Origin: Cyanobacteria bacterium P01_A01_bin.123
GTDB taxonomy: Bacteria; Cyanobacteriota; Cyanobacteriia; Phormidesmidales; Phormidesmidaceae
Assembly (NCBI GenBank): GCA_039815185.1
Contig: JBCBZT010000013.1
Coordinates: 93,858 to 157,857 of the forward strand
Length of the DNA stretch: 64,000 bases
Direction of reading: 5' to 3'
Shown: piece by piece, positions 28,212-38,038 of the stretch
Layout of the letters: every line of letters starts with the position of its first letter
Numbering within the stretch: position 1 is the first letter of the stretch
Translations under genes and position numbers: made by a program
Notes under the pieces: model-generated
What the model was told of the DNA's origin: nothing
Databases searched by the model: none
What the model saw: the letters and a program-made list of their open reading frames with translations, nothing else

Positions 28212-31157
28212 GTGCAACCTTTGCCGCCTGAAGCTCACCCCCAGAAATCTCGCGAAACCCTGCTGCAAGAGGTTTTGACCTTAGAGCAAGAGTTACAGTT
28301 GTTGCGGCAGCAATTGCAGAATCGTAATGTTGAAGTTGAACAGCTTAAACAGGCTTATACCGACCTCAAGCAACAGTTTAGCCAACGCACTGCCGCGCTC
28401 AAGGAATCAAACGACACCCTAGTTGCCGAGGTTGTTGAACGCAGCCAAGCCCAGGAAGCGCTGCACAAGACAACCGAACAGCTGCAGGCGATCCTCGATG
28501 CGGTGCCCGGTATTGTGTCCTGGATTAGTGATGATCTGCGTTATTTAGGGGTCAACCAGCACCTCGCCAATGCCTTCAATTTGCCCAAAGAAGCTTTCGT
28601 TGGCCAAGACATTGGGTTTCTCCATACCAGTCAAGCCTTTAATAATTTTGTCAAAGACTTTTTCCAAAGTCCTCATATCGACGCCTATCGGGAAATTAGC
28701 GCCAATGTGAGTGGCGTCTATCGTCGATTTCTGATCGTGGCTCAAAAATATAACCAAGGAAAGGCGGCTTTTACGGTTGGCATCGATATTACCGAACGAA
28801 ACAAAGCTGAAGAAGCCCTGCGAGAAGCCGAAGCCAAGTATCGTAATATTTTTGAAAACACTGTTGAGGGGATCTTCCAAACCACCCCCGACGGCAAATA
28901 TTTAAGTGCGAATCCAGCGCTGGCCAGAATTTATGGCTATCGCTCAGCAGAAGAAATACTCTCTGGTCTGACTAATATTCAACACCAACTTTATGTCGAT
29001 GGCCGTCGCCGGGATGAGTTTATCCATACCCTCCAGACCCAGGATGCCATTGTTGGGTTTGAATCGGAAATTTACCGTAAGGATGGCACCAGCACCTGGA
29101 TTAGCGAAAACGCTCGAGCGGTTAGGGACGAAGCCGGCACCCTCCAATATTATGAAGGCACGGTACGTGATATCACCGCCCGCAAAACCGCAGAAGCTGC
29201 CCTACAGAAGGCCAATGAAGAACTCGAAAATCGCGTCATCCGACGTACAGCGGCGTTAACAGAGGCTAACCAGCGTCTTCTCAATGAGATTCAAGAGAGA
29301 CAACGTATTGAAGCGGCCTTAAGAGCGTCTGAGGCTGAACTGCGGGCGCTGTTTGCAGCAATGACCGATGTGATCACCGTCTTTGATTCAGAAGGCCTTT
29401 ATCTCAATATTGTCGCCACCAATGCTGCCCTCCTTTATAGTCCGGCCGTGGAACGCGTTGGCAACATTGTCTACGATGTGCTGCCGCCTGCCCAAGCGAC
29501 ATTGTTCATGCGCCATATCCAACGGGCCCTCAATTCGGGGCAACCTGTGCGTCTGGAATATAGCCTCCCTATTGGTCCCTGGCAACAAACTGATGAGACG
29601 GGTGAGGAAACTCAAGGTGATGCAAATCCTGACGATTTTGAAAATACGGCATGGTATGCCGCTATCGTTTCCCCTATGCCTGATGGTCGAGTAATCTGGG
29701 TGGCTCGCGACATCACCGAACGCCGACGGGCTGACTTGGCACTGCAACAGGCGGAAGAAAAATATCGCAGTATTTTTGAGAATGCTGCTGAAGGTATTTT
29801 TCAGGTTACGCCAGAAGGCCACTACATTAGCGCTAATCCAGCCTTGGCTCGGATGTATGGTTATCCCAATCCTGAGGCCTTGATTGAGCAGGTGCAGGCC
29901 ATTGATGCCCTCTATGTTGACCCGTTACGTCGCCAACTGCTGCGCGACACGCTCCATCGTGACGAAGCGGTGACTAAATTTGAGTCTCAGCTTTATCGCG
30001 CCGATGGCAGCGTGATTTGGATTAGTGAAAACATCCGTGCGGTAAAGGATGATGCCGATTGCTTATGCTACTACGAGGGCACCGCTGCTGATATTACCCA
30101 ACGGAAACACGCCGAACAAGCCCTCAAAGAAAGCCAACGAACCTTGGCGACTCTGTTAGGAAATCTGGCAGGTATGGCTTATCGGCGGTTGTGTGATGAA
30201 GGTCGTACCCTTGTTTTTGTCAGCCACGGGTGTTACGAACTCACGGGCTATCAACCAGAAGATTTGATTGCCCGTCAGGGAGTTTCCTTCGGCACCTTAG
30301 TTCACCCTGATGATCATGACTACGTAGGTGAGCAACTTGCCACGGCCCTCGCAGGACAAACTCCGTTTCAGATGGTCTACCGTATCATGACGGCTCAAGG
30401 TAGAGAAAAATGGGTGTTAGAGAAGGGCATTGGCGTATTTACCCCAGCAGGAGACCCCGTTGCAATTGAAGGGTTCTTAACGGATATTAGCGATCGCAAG
30501 CAAATCGAAGAGGCCCTCCAGGTAGAGCAAGAAAAGTCAGAACAGTTGCTCCTCAACGTCTTGCCCCAACCCATCGCAGCGGAATTAAAACAAAACCCCA
30601 GTGCCATTGCTTATCGATTTGAAGCTGCAACGATTTTATTCGCTGACATCGTTAACTTCACCCAGCTCTCTGCTAGCGTTGAACCAACGGAACTGGTTGA
30701 TCTGCTTAACCAGATTTTCTCAAACTTTGATCAGCTAGCGGAAAAATATGGTTTGGAGAAAATCAAAACGATTGGGGATGCTTACATGGTGGTCGGAGGG
30801 GTGCCCAATCCCCGCGATGATCACATGGAAGCGATCGCAGAAATGGCATTAGAGATGCAAGCTTCGATCGCTAATTTTCAGCGTGCTGATGGCCGTTCTT
30901 TCGCCTTGCGTATTGGCATTGACAGTGGGCCGGTGGTGGCTGGGGTTATTGGCATTAAGAAGTTCTCCTATGACCTTTGGGGTGATGCGGTTAACGTGGC
31001 CAGCCGCATGGAGTCCCAAGGCGTAGGCGGCAGGATTCAAGTGACTGCCAATATCTATGAGCAACTCAGGCACCGCTATCGCTTTAACGAGCGCGGCGAA
31101 ATTATTGTTAAGGGTAAAGGATTGATGATTACCCATTGGCTATTGGGACAGCTTTGA
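28212..31157 (+). CDS. Multi-PAS class III adenylate cyclase
   Basis: About five PAS domains, then ILFADIVNFT, KIKTIGDAYM, YDLWGDAVNVASRMES and VKGKG. The Lys/Asp specificity pair points to ATP as substrate. Confidence 0.9.
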   Translation: MQPLPPEAHPQKSRETLLQEVLTLEQELQLLRQQLQNRNVEVEQLKQAYTDLKQQFSQRTAALKESNDTLVAEVVERSQAQEALHKTTEQLQAILDAVPGIVSWISDDLRYLGVNQHLANAFNLPKEAFVGQDIGFLHTSQAFNNFVKDFFQSPHIDAYREISANVSGVYRRFLIVAQKYNQGKAAFTVGIDITERNKAEEALREAEAKYRNIFENTVEGIFQTTPDGKYLSANPALARIYGYRSAEEILSGLTNIQHQLYVDGRRRDEFIHTLQTQDAIVGFESEIYRKDGTSTWISENARAVRDEAGTLQYYEGTVRDITARKTAEAALQKANEELENRVIRRTAALTEANQRLLNEIQERQRIEAALRASEAELRALFAAMTDVITVFDSEGLYLNIVATNAALLYSPAVERVGNIVYDVLPPAQATLFMRHIQRALNSGQPVRLEYSLPIGPWQQTDETGEETQGDANPDDFENTAWYAAIVSPMPDGRVIWVARDITERRRADLALQQAEEKYRSIFENAAEGIFQVTPEGHYISANPALARMYGYPNPEALIEQVQAIDALYVDPLRRQLLRDTLHRDEAVTKFESQLYRADGSVIWISENIRAVKDDADCLCYYEGTAADITQRKHAEQALKESQRTLATLLGNLAGMAYRRLCDEGRTLVFVSHGCYELTGYQPEDLIARQGVSFGTLVHPDDHDYVGEQLATALAGQTPFQMVYRIMTAQGREKWVLEKGIGVFTPAGDPVAIEGFLTDISDRKQIEEALQVEQEKSEQLLLNVLPQPIAAELKQNPSAIAYRFEAATILFADIVNFTQLSASVEPTELVDLLNQIFSNFDQLAEKYGLEKIKTIGDAYMVVGGVPNPRDDHMEAIAEMALEMQASIANFQRADGRSFALRIGIDSGPVVAGVIGIKKFSYDLWGDAVNVASRMESQGVGGRIQVTANIYEQLRHRYRFNERGEIIVKGKGLMITHWLLGQL

Positions 31158-31220
31158 AGCCTTGGGATAAACACGGCGATTAACTCAATACGGGCGATCA
31201 TGCCAGTGTCTACGCGAGAC

Positions 31221-32549
31221 TCAAAACTGATGATTCCAGCAATCCTTTAAGGCTTGTTCCAGAATCTCTAGACCTTTGTCAATTTCATCGCGGCTGATTG
31301 TTAGCGGGGGGGCAATTCTCAATGTGCCGCCCATGCTGGGAATACCGCTGACGATATTGATATTGAGCCCTAGTTCTAGGCAGCGATGGGTGACTTGATT
31401 GCCTAAGTCATGGTTGGGGGTGCGGCTGGCTTGATCGGTGACAAACTCAACCCCAAGCAATAAGCCCCGCCCCCGCACATCACCAATCACGTCGTAGTGT
31501 TTTTGTAGCTCTAGCAGACCATTTTTGAGGTACGTGCCCATCTCGGCAGCACGCTCAGCCAGTTTCTCAGCTTTGAGGATTTGCAAAACGGCTAACCCCA
31601 CTGCGGCAGGCAATGGATCGGAAACATGGGAGGTGTAAAAAATGAAGCCTTTGTCATGGCAGTCGGCTTCAATCTCGTCGGTGGTGATGGTGGCGGCCAG
31701 CGGTAAGCCACCACCCAAGGTTTTAGAAACGGTCAAGATATCGGGGACAGTGCCAATTTGCTCAAAGGCAAAGGTGCTACCCACGCGACCAAAGGCCGTC
31801 TGGGCTTCATCTACAATCAGCAACATGCCGCGTTCTTGGCAAAGTTCCTTCAACCTTGGAAAGTAATCCTCAGGGGGCACAATCATACCGCCTGCACTCA
31901 AAATCGGTTCGGCAATCACGGCGGCATAAGACCCCACTGATTGGCAGTCAATCAGTCCAAATCCAACTTCGAGGCAGGTGAGATCGCAGCGATCTTGGCA
32001 ATGTTGAATGGGGCAACGATAGCAGTTGGGTGTGGGGAGCACCATAGTCCCCGGCATACTGGGGCCGTAGCCCTGGCGAGCCGCAGCATAGGTGCTGGCA
32101 CTGGCCCCCCCAGTCATGCCATGCCAAGAAGAGCTAAACCCAATGATTTCAAAGCCGCCCGTATTCAACTTTGCCATCCGCAGTGCAGCTTCGTTGGATT
32201 CGCTACCTGTGTTGAGGAACAGGACTTTTTGCAGCGTGGGTGGCAGCAGTTCGCATAGGGCATCTGCCAGATGAATCACTGCTGGAGACAGCATGCCGCT
32301 GAACAGGTGAATAGCATCCTGACAGGCGTGCTGAATGGCTTCAACAATGGCGGGGTGATTGTGACCCAGGGTGGAGCACATCTGGCCGGAGGTAAAGTCT
32401 AGAATGGCGCGACCGGAGTGATCGTAGATATAGGCTCCAGAGGCCCGCTCAATCACGACGGGCGAAAATTTGCTAGTGTAGCGGATCAAATGATCGTCTA
32501 CCGTTTGCCAAAACTCGTCTAGTGCTGCGTCTTGCTGATCACCCATCAC
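31221..32549 (-). CDS. Class III PLP aminotransferase, 2,2-dialkylglycine decarboxylase-like
   Basis: GRAILDFTSGQM..LGH, HLFSGMLS, TGSESNEAA, SWHGMT, DEAQT, SKTLG, THVSDPLPA and RIAPPL match the DgdA pattern. Confidence 0.8.
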   Translation of the reverse strand: MMGDQQDAALDEFWQTVDDHLIRYTSKFSPVVIERASGAYIYDHSGRAILDFTSGQMCSTLGHNHPAIVEAIQHACQDAIHLFSGMLSPAVIHLADALCELLPPTLQKVLFLNTGSESNEAALRMAKLNTGGFEIIGFSSSWHGMTGGASASTYAAARQGYGPSMPGTMVLPTPNCYRCPIQHCQDRCDLTCLEVGFGLIDCQSVGSYAAVIAEPILSAGGMIVPPEDYFPRLKELCQERGMLLIVDEAQTAFGRVGSTFAFEQIGTVPDILTVSKTLGGGLPLAATITTDEIEADCHDKGFIFYTSHVSDPLPAAVGLAVLQILKAEKLAERAAEMGTYLKNGLLELQKHYDVIGDVRGRGLLLGVEFVTDQASRTPNHDLGNQVTHRCLELGLNINIVSGIPSMGGTLRIAPPLTISRDEIDKGLEILEQALKDCWNHQF

Positions 32550-32768
32550 TGTGCCTCTAGCGTTAGGATATGGAGCTGCTAATAGTTTGACACTGAGACG
32601 CAGATATAAACTGCTCAGGTTTAACGCTACTAAGAGTTTTAAGGGTTAGGGGTTTGGACAGGGATGCGATCGCACCCTCAGAATGACGAAATCGGGAGGT
32701 ACTTGATCGCGATTCCCTACTCTAAGATGGATGGCATCACTTGCCTAACTTTTTACAGGCGATTCTGA

Positions 32769-33383
32769 ATGGTTCAATCACCCGTTAAGGCACTAACGTT
32801 GCAGGCATTTCTGCAACAGCCTGAAACTAAGCCCGCCAGCGAATATATCAATGGCCAAGTTTTTCAAAAGCCCATGCCTAAGGGGAAGCATAGTCTGCTG
32901 CAAACTCGGCTCTCGGCGGTGCTGAATTCGGCGCTACAACCCGAACAAGTCGCTTGGGCATTTTCAGAACTACGCTGTACCTACCCTTCGGGAAGCCATC
33001 TTACAGATGTCTATGGTGGACGCTCTACTGTGCCTGATGTGAGTGTCTTTACTTGGGCGCGAATTCCTTGTGATGACAATGGTGAAATTGCAAATGCAAT
33101 TGAAACTCATCCGGATTGGGTGATTGAGATTTTATCCCCGGATCAGAGTCAAACTCGGGTCACTAAAAATATCTTGCACTGTTTGCAATATGGTACTCAG
33201 CTCGGTTGGCTAATTGATCCAGATGAACAAACTGTATTGGTTTATTTGCCGCCTGATCAGGTGAAGATTTTTGATCGGCCTGGTGATGTTTTGCCGACTC
33301 CGTCTTTTGCCAGTAATGTCCAACTCTCTGTTGGAGAGTTATTTGGATGGCTTGTGATTCGACCGCCTGCGTCTGACGTATAG
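32769..33383 (+). CDS. Uma2 family (DUF820) PD-(D/E)XK endonuclease with a 10-aa insertion
   Basis: PETKPASEYING, PMPKGKHS, ELRCT, VPDV, PDWVIEILSPDQ and GWLIDP. Confidence 0.9.
   Translation: MVQSPVKALTLQAFLQQPETKPASEYINGQVFQKPMPKGKHSLLQTRLSAVLNSALQPEQVAWAFSELRCTYPSGSHLTDVYGGRSTVPDVSVFTWARIPCDDNGEIANAIETHPDWVIEILSPDQSQTRVTKNILHCLQYGTQLGWLIDPDEQTVLVYLPPDQVKIFDRPGDVLPTPSFASNVQLSVGELFGWLVIRPPASDV
32984..33013 (+). mobile_element. 30-bp small dispersed repeat-like in-frame insertion
   Basis: CCCTTCGGGAAGCCATCTTACAGATGTCTA interrupts the usual ELRCT(F/Y)GGRS motif. It holds two mini-hairpins, and CTA is repeated at its boundaries. Confidence 0.55.
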
Positions 33384-33394
33384 GGTGAGATGGA

Positions 33395-33515
33395 TTATTT
33401 CTTCCTACGTTTAGGTGTGCCGTAGAGGTAGTGATCGTGTTCGACTGACCAGTCAGCAGGTGCTTCAACGCTTCCCGTAAGGGAATCGAGTACGTCCCAG
33501 ACATCACCAGTAGCG
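33395..33515 (-). pseudogene. C-terminal remnant of a small antitoxin-like gene
   Basis: WDVLDSLTGSVEAPADWSVEHDHYLYGTPK is a typical ending of small cyanobacterial antitoxin-like proteins. The upstream part of the ORF (to 33613) is AT-rich and looks unrelated. Confidence 0.5.
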
Positions 33516-33668
33516 TTGCTATATCGCTGTGTGCATGGTGAATAAAACGCTAATAATCTTTCCTGTAGCGCCTTAAGCAACTTATTTTTCATATCAACAA
33601 TTTGGATATCCATAGTCTTTATCTTCTAGACATTAAGCAGACCATAGTATTTAATTTAAACAAACTTT

Positions 33669-35288
33669 ATGATTAGCACTTGGCTAGAAACGGAGGTTGA
33701 GTACAGCGGTTATGGGTGTGCTGTATTTGAAGACCCTGAAGGTGAAATAAGAGGCCAAGCAAAAGCTTCATTTGATGAGTATGGCAACTATAGCGTTCAG
33801 ATGAAGATAGAAGATGTTAAAGTCTCTGATCCTTTACCAGGACTATGGAATAACGTTAAACATATTCTGACTGGACAAGCACCAGTAAAATTAGAAAATC
33901 GATATATTTGGGGTGGACCTTACAAGTCGAAAGACAATAACTGTAGTAGTTTATCAATAAAAACTTTAGATGGTACCTGGTCTGCTCTTGGCAAGATAAA
34001 CTTTGGCCATTCTCTAGGAATTGACTTAAGATTTTATATCATAAAATCAAAATTCGAACCTTTTCAGGCTTACGATCCATACTACTGGGTTATGCCTCTT
34101 TCAAACTTCATTTCAGACTTCTGCAAGACAGATGAATCTCTTATTGAACATCCTCTAAGAGTAAACTCTACACGATCCGATCTAAACCTTTCTTCAAGAG
34201 ATAAGCTGTCTCAAAACTCTTGCCTGGACAACTCAACGAAAAGGTTGATAGTATTTGATTACTTCAAAAAAAAGGCTTTTATTGAAGCTTTGAATAATTA
34301 TGAGGAGCGTAAAACAGCGCTAAAGTCAGGTGATAAAGGTATCTTGCTGACAACGATCATGGTTGGAAATATCGACGCCTCTATCACTGAAATTGATTCT
34401 GATTCGAAGCCAAATTTCTTACTTCCACTCTTGGGAATTGCTACAGGTTCATCTGTTGGTATTCCCTGGATAGAGATTCGTAACGAGAAAGGAAAACTTG
34501 TCCGTCGAATCCATCAAAAATCTAACTACACCCCCTATAGGGCAGGACATGTCAATTTGCATAATTATTACAACAGCCAAAAACTTAGTGAATTCCTTAC
34601 ATGTGCTCAATCTTCTGACTCATTAGACAAAAACTTCTTCTTGTCTATAGGAGCACTTGTTACTGAGTCAGGATTCTTTAAACATAATATCGTAGATTCA
34701 TTAGCCAATCTTTTCAGAGCTTTTGATATTTTGTGCAAGGAATATAACCTTGCTGTAGAGGATTTAGGTAATCAACTAAATAGCAATCAAAAGAGCCAGA
34801 TAAAAGCAATCTTAAATACAGCTAGAGACGAAATCAGAAAAATATCTTTATCTATTGAGAATCCAGAAGATCATTTTCAGAAGAGAAACATTGAAAAGAT
34901 ATCTGGAAGGGTTATTTCTGCTGTCTGGGGAAAGGTTAACGATAGTGGATTAGCCATTAGCAAGCTGATTGAATACTTTGAATTTAGGGATCTAAATGTG
35001 ATGGAATCCTATTACTCGTCTAATCCTAGAGAAGATAAAAAATCTTGGCATCAGCTTGTTTCGTATTGCCGTGGCATTTCAGTACATGATATCCGAATCA
35101 AGGATCAGGATCTGAAGGACTTATTAGAGATAAGGGCTCATTTGTATGACATTCTAATTCGCATTATCCTTCACCTCTCGGGATACAAAGGAAAATACAC
35201 TCCAGTTTTTTCAAGATATACCTCTGAAGAGGTTGATTTGAATTGGGTTGACATGGATACGCCTGCCAGCAAATTAGGTTATGAATAA
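33669..35288 (+). CDS. AT-rich hypothetical protein with a C-terminal HEPN-like RxxxxH motif (ApeA/YopA-like, tentative)
   Basis: 539-aa ORF, visibly more AT-rich than its flanks, with no HIP1 seen. LLGIATG..V..PW segment and a helical C-terminus containing YCRGISVH. Confidence 0.6.
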   Translation: MISTWLETEVEYSGYGCAVFEDPEGEIRGQAKASFDEYGNYSVQMKIEDVKVSDPLPGLWNNVKHILTGQAPVKLENRYIWGGPYKSKDNNCSSLSIKTLDGTWSALGKINFGHSLGIDLRFYIIKSKFEPFQAYDPYYWVMPLSNFISDFCKTDESLIEHPLRVNSTRSDLNLSSRDKLSQNSCLDNSTKRLIVFDYFKKKAFIEALNNYEERKTALKSGDKGILLTTIMVGNIDASITEIDSDSKPNFLLPLLGIATGSSVGIPWIEIRNEKGKLVRRIHQKSNYTPYRAGHVNLHNYYNSQKLSEFLTCAQSSDSLDKNFFLSIGALVTESGFFKHNIVDSLANLFRAFDILCKEYNLAVEDLGNQLNSNQKSQIKAILNTARDEIRKISLSIENPEDHFQKRNIEKISGRVISAVWGKVNDSGLAISKLIEYFEFRDLNVMESYYSSNPREDKKSWHQLVSYCRGISVHDIRIKDQDLKDLLEIRAHLYDILIRIILHLSGYKGKYTPVFSRYTSEEVDLNWVDMDTPASKLGYE

Positions 35289-35309
35289 TGGATTTCAGGT
35301 CTGTATAGA

Positions 35310-35549
35310 CTATAAAGTAGGCCCAAACTCATCGGGCAAATCTTCGATCGCAATCTGTAATTCCCGACACAATGCCTTAACCTGGGGAATCGTTGGCCTC
35401 GGTGTCGCTTCACCCCTTTCCCAACGCACATAAGTCCGCAACGGAATTTCACATCGGCGGGATAATTCTTCCTGCGTTAACCCCAAGCGATCGCGTAGTT
35501 GCTTCAGGGGTGACTCTTGTGTTGAATCCTTCGGACTGCTCTCTGGCAT
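35310..35549 (-). CDS. XRE/Cro-family HTH regulator
   Basis: LKQLRDRLGLTQEELSRRCEIPLRTYVRWERGEATP...LCRELQIAIEDLP. Confidence 0.9.
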   Translation of the reverse strand: MPESSPKDSTQESPLKQLRDRLGLTQEELSRRCEIPLRTYVRWERGEATPRPTIPQVKALCRELQIAIEDLPDEFGPTL

Positions 35550-35561
35550 GTCAAGACATAA

Positions 35562-35615
35562 CGCCATACTGACAAGCCATCTTGACTAATGCCATGATGA
35601 CATGTCACGATGACA
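35562..35615. promoter_or_regulatory. Array of four 13-bp operator-like palindromes (TGYCA-N3-TGACA)
   Basis: CGCCATACTGACA (35562), AGCCATCTTGACT (35575), TGCCATGATGACA (35590) and TGTCACGATGACA (35603). Confidence 0.7.
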
Positions 35616-35705
35616 TGTAAGGTTTGATTTTTGCTATCTCAGTTTCTCACCCCGTGACAGGTTTTCCTACCCGCCGCACCCATTCACCTACCTAAAAATC
35701 CACCC

Positions 35706-35948
35706 ATGAGCTTCATCCCCGACACCGAAACCTACAACCTCCCTCCCTCCCCAGCTAATCAACCCACCCCCACCCGCGAACCCATTCGCATCATCCTCAT
35801 CGGCTCCATCCACGGCATCAGCCTAATCATCAGCATCCTCCACCGCCTCGGCTTCGCCGAACCCCGCGCCTGGAGCAAACCCCAACTCGACCCCGCTAGC
35901 GGCAAACCCATGTGTGTTCTCACCAAGTGGTTCCACCACCGACAGTAA
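35706..35948 (+). CDS. Small hypothetical protein divergent from the XRE gene
   Basis: REPIRIILIGS...ILHRLGFAE...WS.P...G..M.VLTK resembles a small cyanobacterial family often seen next to HTH genes (from memory, not searched). Confidence 0.65.
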   Translation: MSFIPDTETYNLPPSPANQPTPTREPIRIILIGSIHGISLIISILHRLGFAEPRAWSKPQLDPASGKPMCVLTKWFHHRQ

Positions 35949-35994
35949 TCCATGAATAAATCTCAACAGGTAGACGTTTATCCCGGCGATCGCC

Positions 35995-37704
35995 TTAAAA
36001 CAAAAAGTACCGCTGTGCCATGGGCAACACTTCGGCAGGTTCACAGGTGAGCAGCTCACCGTTAGCCCGCACCTCATAGGTTTCAGAATCGACCTCCATC
36101 TCAGGAGCCAAATCGTTCAACTTCATATCGGCTTTGCTCAAGTTGCGGCAGTTGGCCACAGCCACAGCCGGTGTCGCTAAGCCAATTTGCGCTGGAATCC
36201 CTGCTTCCAGGGCTGCCTTAGACATGAAAGAGAGAGATGTGGCTGCGATCGCTCCCCCAAAGCTGCCAAACATCGGTCGCATGTGAACGGGTTGGGGGGT
36301 GGGGATGCTGGCATTGGGGTCACCCATTTGCGCCCACGCGATCGCACCGCCTTTAATCACAATTTCGGGTTTGACGCCAAAAAAGGCGGGTTTCCACAGG
36401 CAAATATCCGCCAGCTTGCCCACCTCCAGAGAGCCCACATGATCAGCAATACCGTGGGTAATAGCGGGGTTGATCGTGTACTTGGCCACATAGCGCTTGG
36501 CCCGGTGATTATCATTGCGATCGCTGTCTTCTGGCAGTGCCCCCCGCTGCACCTTCATCTTGTGAGCCGTTTGCCAGGTGCGAATGATGACTTCACCGAC
36601 ACGACCCATGGCCTGGGAATCAGAGGCGATCATGCTGAAGGCTCCCAGGTCATGCAAAATGTCCTCAGCGGCGATGGTTTCGCGGCGAATGCGGGACTCG
36701 GCAAAGGCCACATCTTCGGGAATGCTGGGGCTGAGATGGTGGCACACCATCAACATGTCCAAGTGTTCGTCCAGGGTGTTGCGAGTGTAGGGGCGGGTGG
36801 GATTGGTCGAGGAAGGCAGGACGTTGGCTTCACCACAAACTTTGATGATGTCCGGGGCGTGCCCCCCGCCAGCACCTTCCGTGTGATACGTGTGAATCAC
36901 CCGGTTTTTAAAAGCCGCGATGGTGTTTTCCACAAAGCCTGCTTCGTTCAGGGTGTCGGTGTGGATGGCCACCTGTACGTCATAGTCATCGGCAACGCTC
37001 AGACAGGTGTCAATGGCCGCAGGCGTTGTGCCCCAGTCTTCATGGAGCTTCAGTCCCATTGCCCCAGCCTGGACTTGTTCAATCAGACCGCCCATTTGAG
37101 CGCTGTTGCCCTTGCCCATGTAACCCAGATTCATCGGAAAGGCATCGGCGGCCTGCAGCATCCGCCAAATATTCCAAGCGCCGGGGGTGCAGGTGGTGGC
37201 GTTAGTGCCCGTGGCTGGCCCAGTGCCCCCGCCAATCATCGTGGTCACCCCAGAGGCGATCGCGGTTTCAATTTGCTGGGGGCAAATAAAGTGAATGTGC
37301 GAGTCAATGCCCCCAGCGGTGACAATCATCCCTTCCCCCGCGACGGCTTCTGTGGCAGGGCCAATGATGATATCCACATTGTCTTGAATGTAGGGGTTAC
37401 CCGCTTTGCCAATTTTTTCGATTTTGCCGTCTTTGATACCAATATCGGCCTTAACAATGCCCCACCAGTCCAAAATCAGGGCATTAGTAATCACCATGTC
37501 CACGGCCCCGTCAGCGCGGGAAATGGGCGATTGACCCATGCCGTCGCGAATTACCTTACCGCCGCCAAATTTCACCTCATCGCCGTAGATCGTATAGTCT
37601 TGCTCGACTTCAATAATCAGTTCGGTATCGGCTAATCGAACGCGATCGCCAACGGTAGGGCCAAAGGTCTCTGCATAGGCGCGACGATCCATCCGATAGC
37701 TCAT
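35995..37704 (-). CDS. ureC: Urease subunit alpha
   Basis: [58 protein letters not shown] and SDSQAMGR. Confidence 0.98.
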   Translation of the reverse strand: MSYRMDRRAYAETFGPTVGDRVRLADTELIIEVEQDYTIYGDEVKFGGGKVIRDGMGQSPISRADGAVDMVITNALILDWWGIVKADIGIKDGKIEKIGKAGNPYIQDNVDIIIGPATEAVAGEGMIVTAGGIDSHIHFICPQQIETAIASGVTTMIGGGTGPATGTNATTCTPGAWNIWRMLQAADAFPMNLGYMGKGNSAQMGGLIEQVQAGAMGLKLHEDWGTTPAAIDTCLSVADDYDVQVAIHTDTLNEAGFVENTIAAFKNRVIHTYHTEGAGGGHAPDIIKVCGEANVLPSSTNPTRPYTRNTLDEHLDMLMVCHHLSPSIPEDVAFAESRIRRETIAAEDILHDLGAFSMIASDSQAMGRVGEVIIRTWQTAHKMKVQRGALPEDSDRNDNHRAKRYVAKYTINPAITHGIADHVGSLEVGKLADICLWKPAFFGVKPEIVIKGGAIAWAQMGDPNASIPTPQPVHMRPMFGSFGGAIAATSLSFMSKAALEAGIPAQIGLATPAVAVANCRNLSKADMKLNDLAPEMEVDSETYEVRANGELLTCEPAEVLPMAQRYFLF

Positions 37705-37950
37705 GGGGCACTCCTTTCCAACATCGACAATATTCTATGCCCTTGGCTGCAGAATAGAGTGTTTATAGGAAGCGGTGTGACATAGGGATTAACCCTGAGG
37801 CACTAGACCCTCGTAATGTTGCCCCTGTTCAGTAAATGCTTAACTCAACCTAAAAATACGAATCCCACTCGCAAACCCCTATCAATCATGACAGCTCGCC
37901 GAGTGCGAAGCGTGGATTTTTGTGATTTTGGAGTGCCCATGGCAAGAATC

Positions 37951-38021
37951 TAAAGAAAAAACTTTACAAAGTCAATCTATTCCTGTCAATCTAGTTTATA
38001 AAGAAAGTACTTTAGAAAGTC
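37951..38021. promoter_or_regulatory. Twin TAAAG-N6-CTTTA operator-like boxes upstream of the Rieske gene
   Basis: TAAAGAAAAAACTTTACAAAGTC (37951) and TAAAGAAAGTACTTTAGAAAGTC (37999) are 20/23 identical, and each contains a palindrome. Confidence 0.6.
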
Positions 38022-38038
38022 GACGCCAGGAGGCGATC

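Noticed and set aside
33395..35948. Prophage interpretation of the XRE islet
   Set aside because: No integrase, replication or structural phage genes and no att-like repeats were seen.
36187..37635. 482-aa ORF antisense to ureC
   Set aside because: It is the codon-register mirror of a highly conserved gene with strong codon bias. It has no motifs and is best explained as a shadow ORF.
35995..37704. ureC without adjacent ureA/ureB or accessory genes
   Set aside because: Scattered urease genes are common in cyanobacteria, so this is not unusual.
37841..37938. Imperfect inverted repeat upstream of ureC (possible MITE remnant)
   Set aside because: Pairing is loose and there is no second copy in the window.
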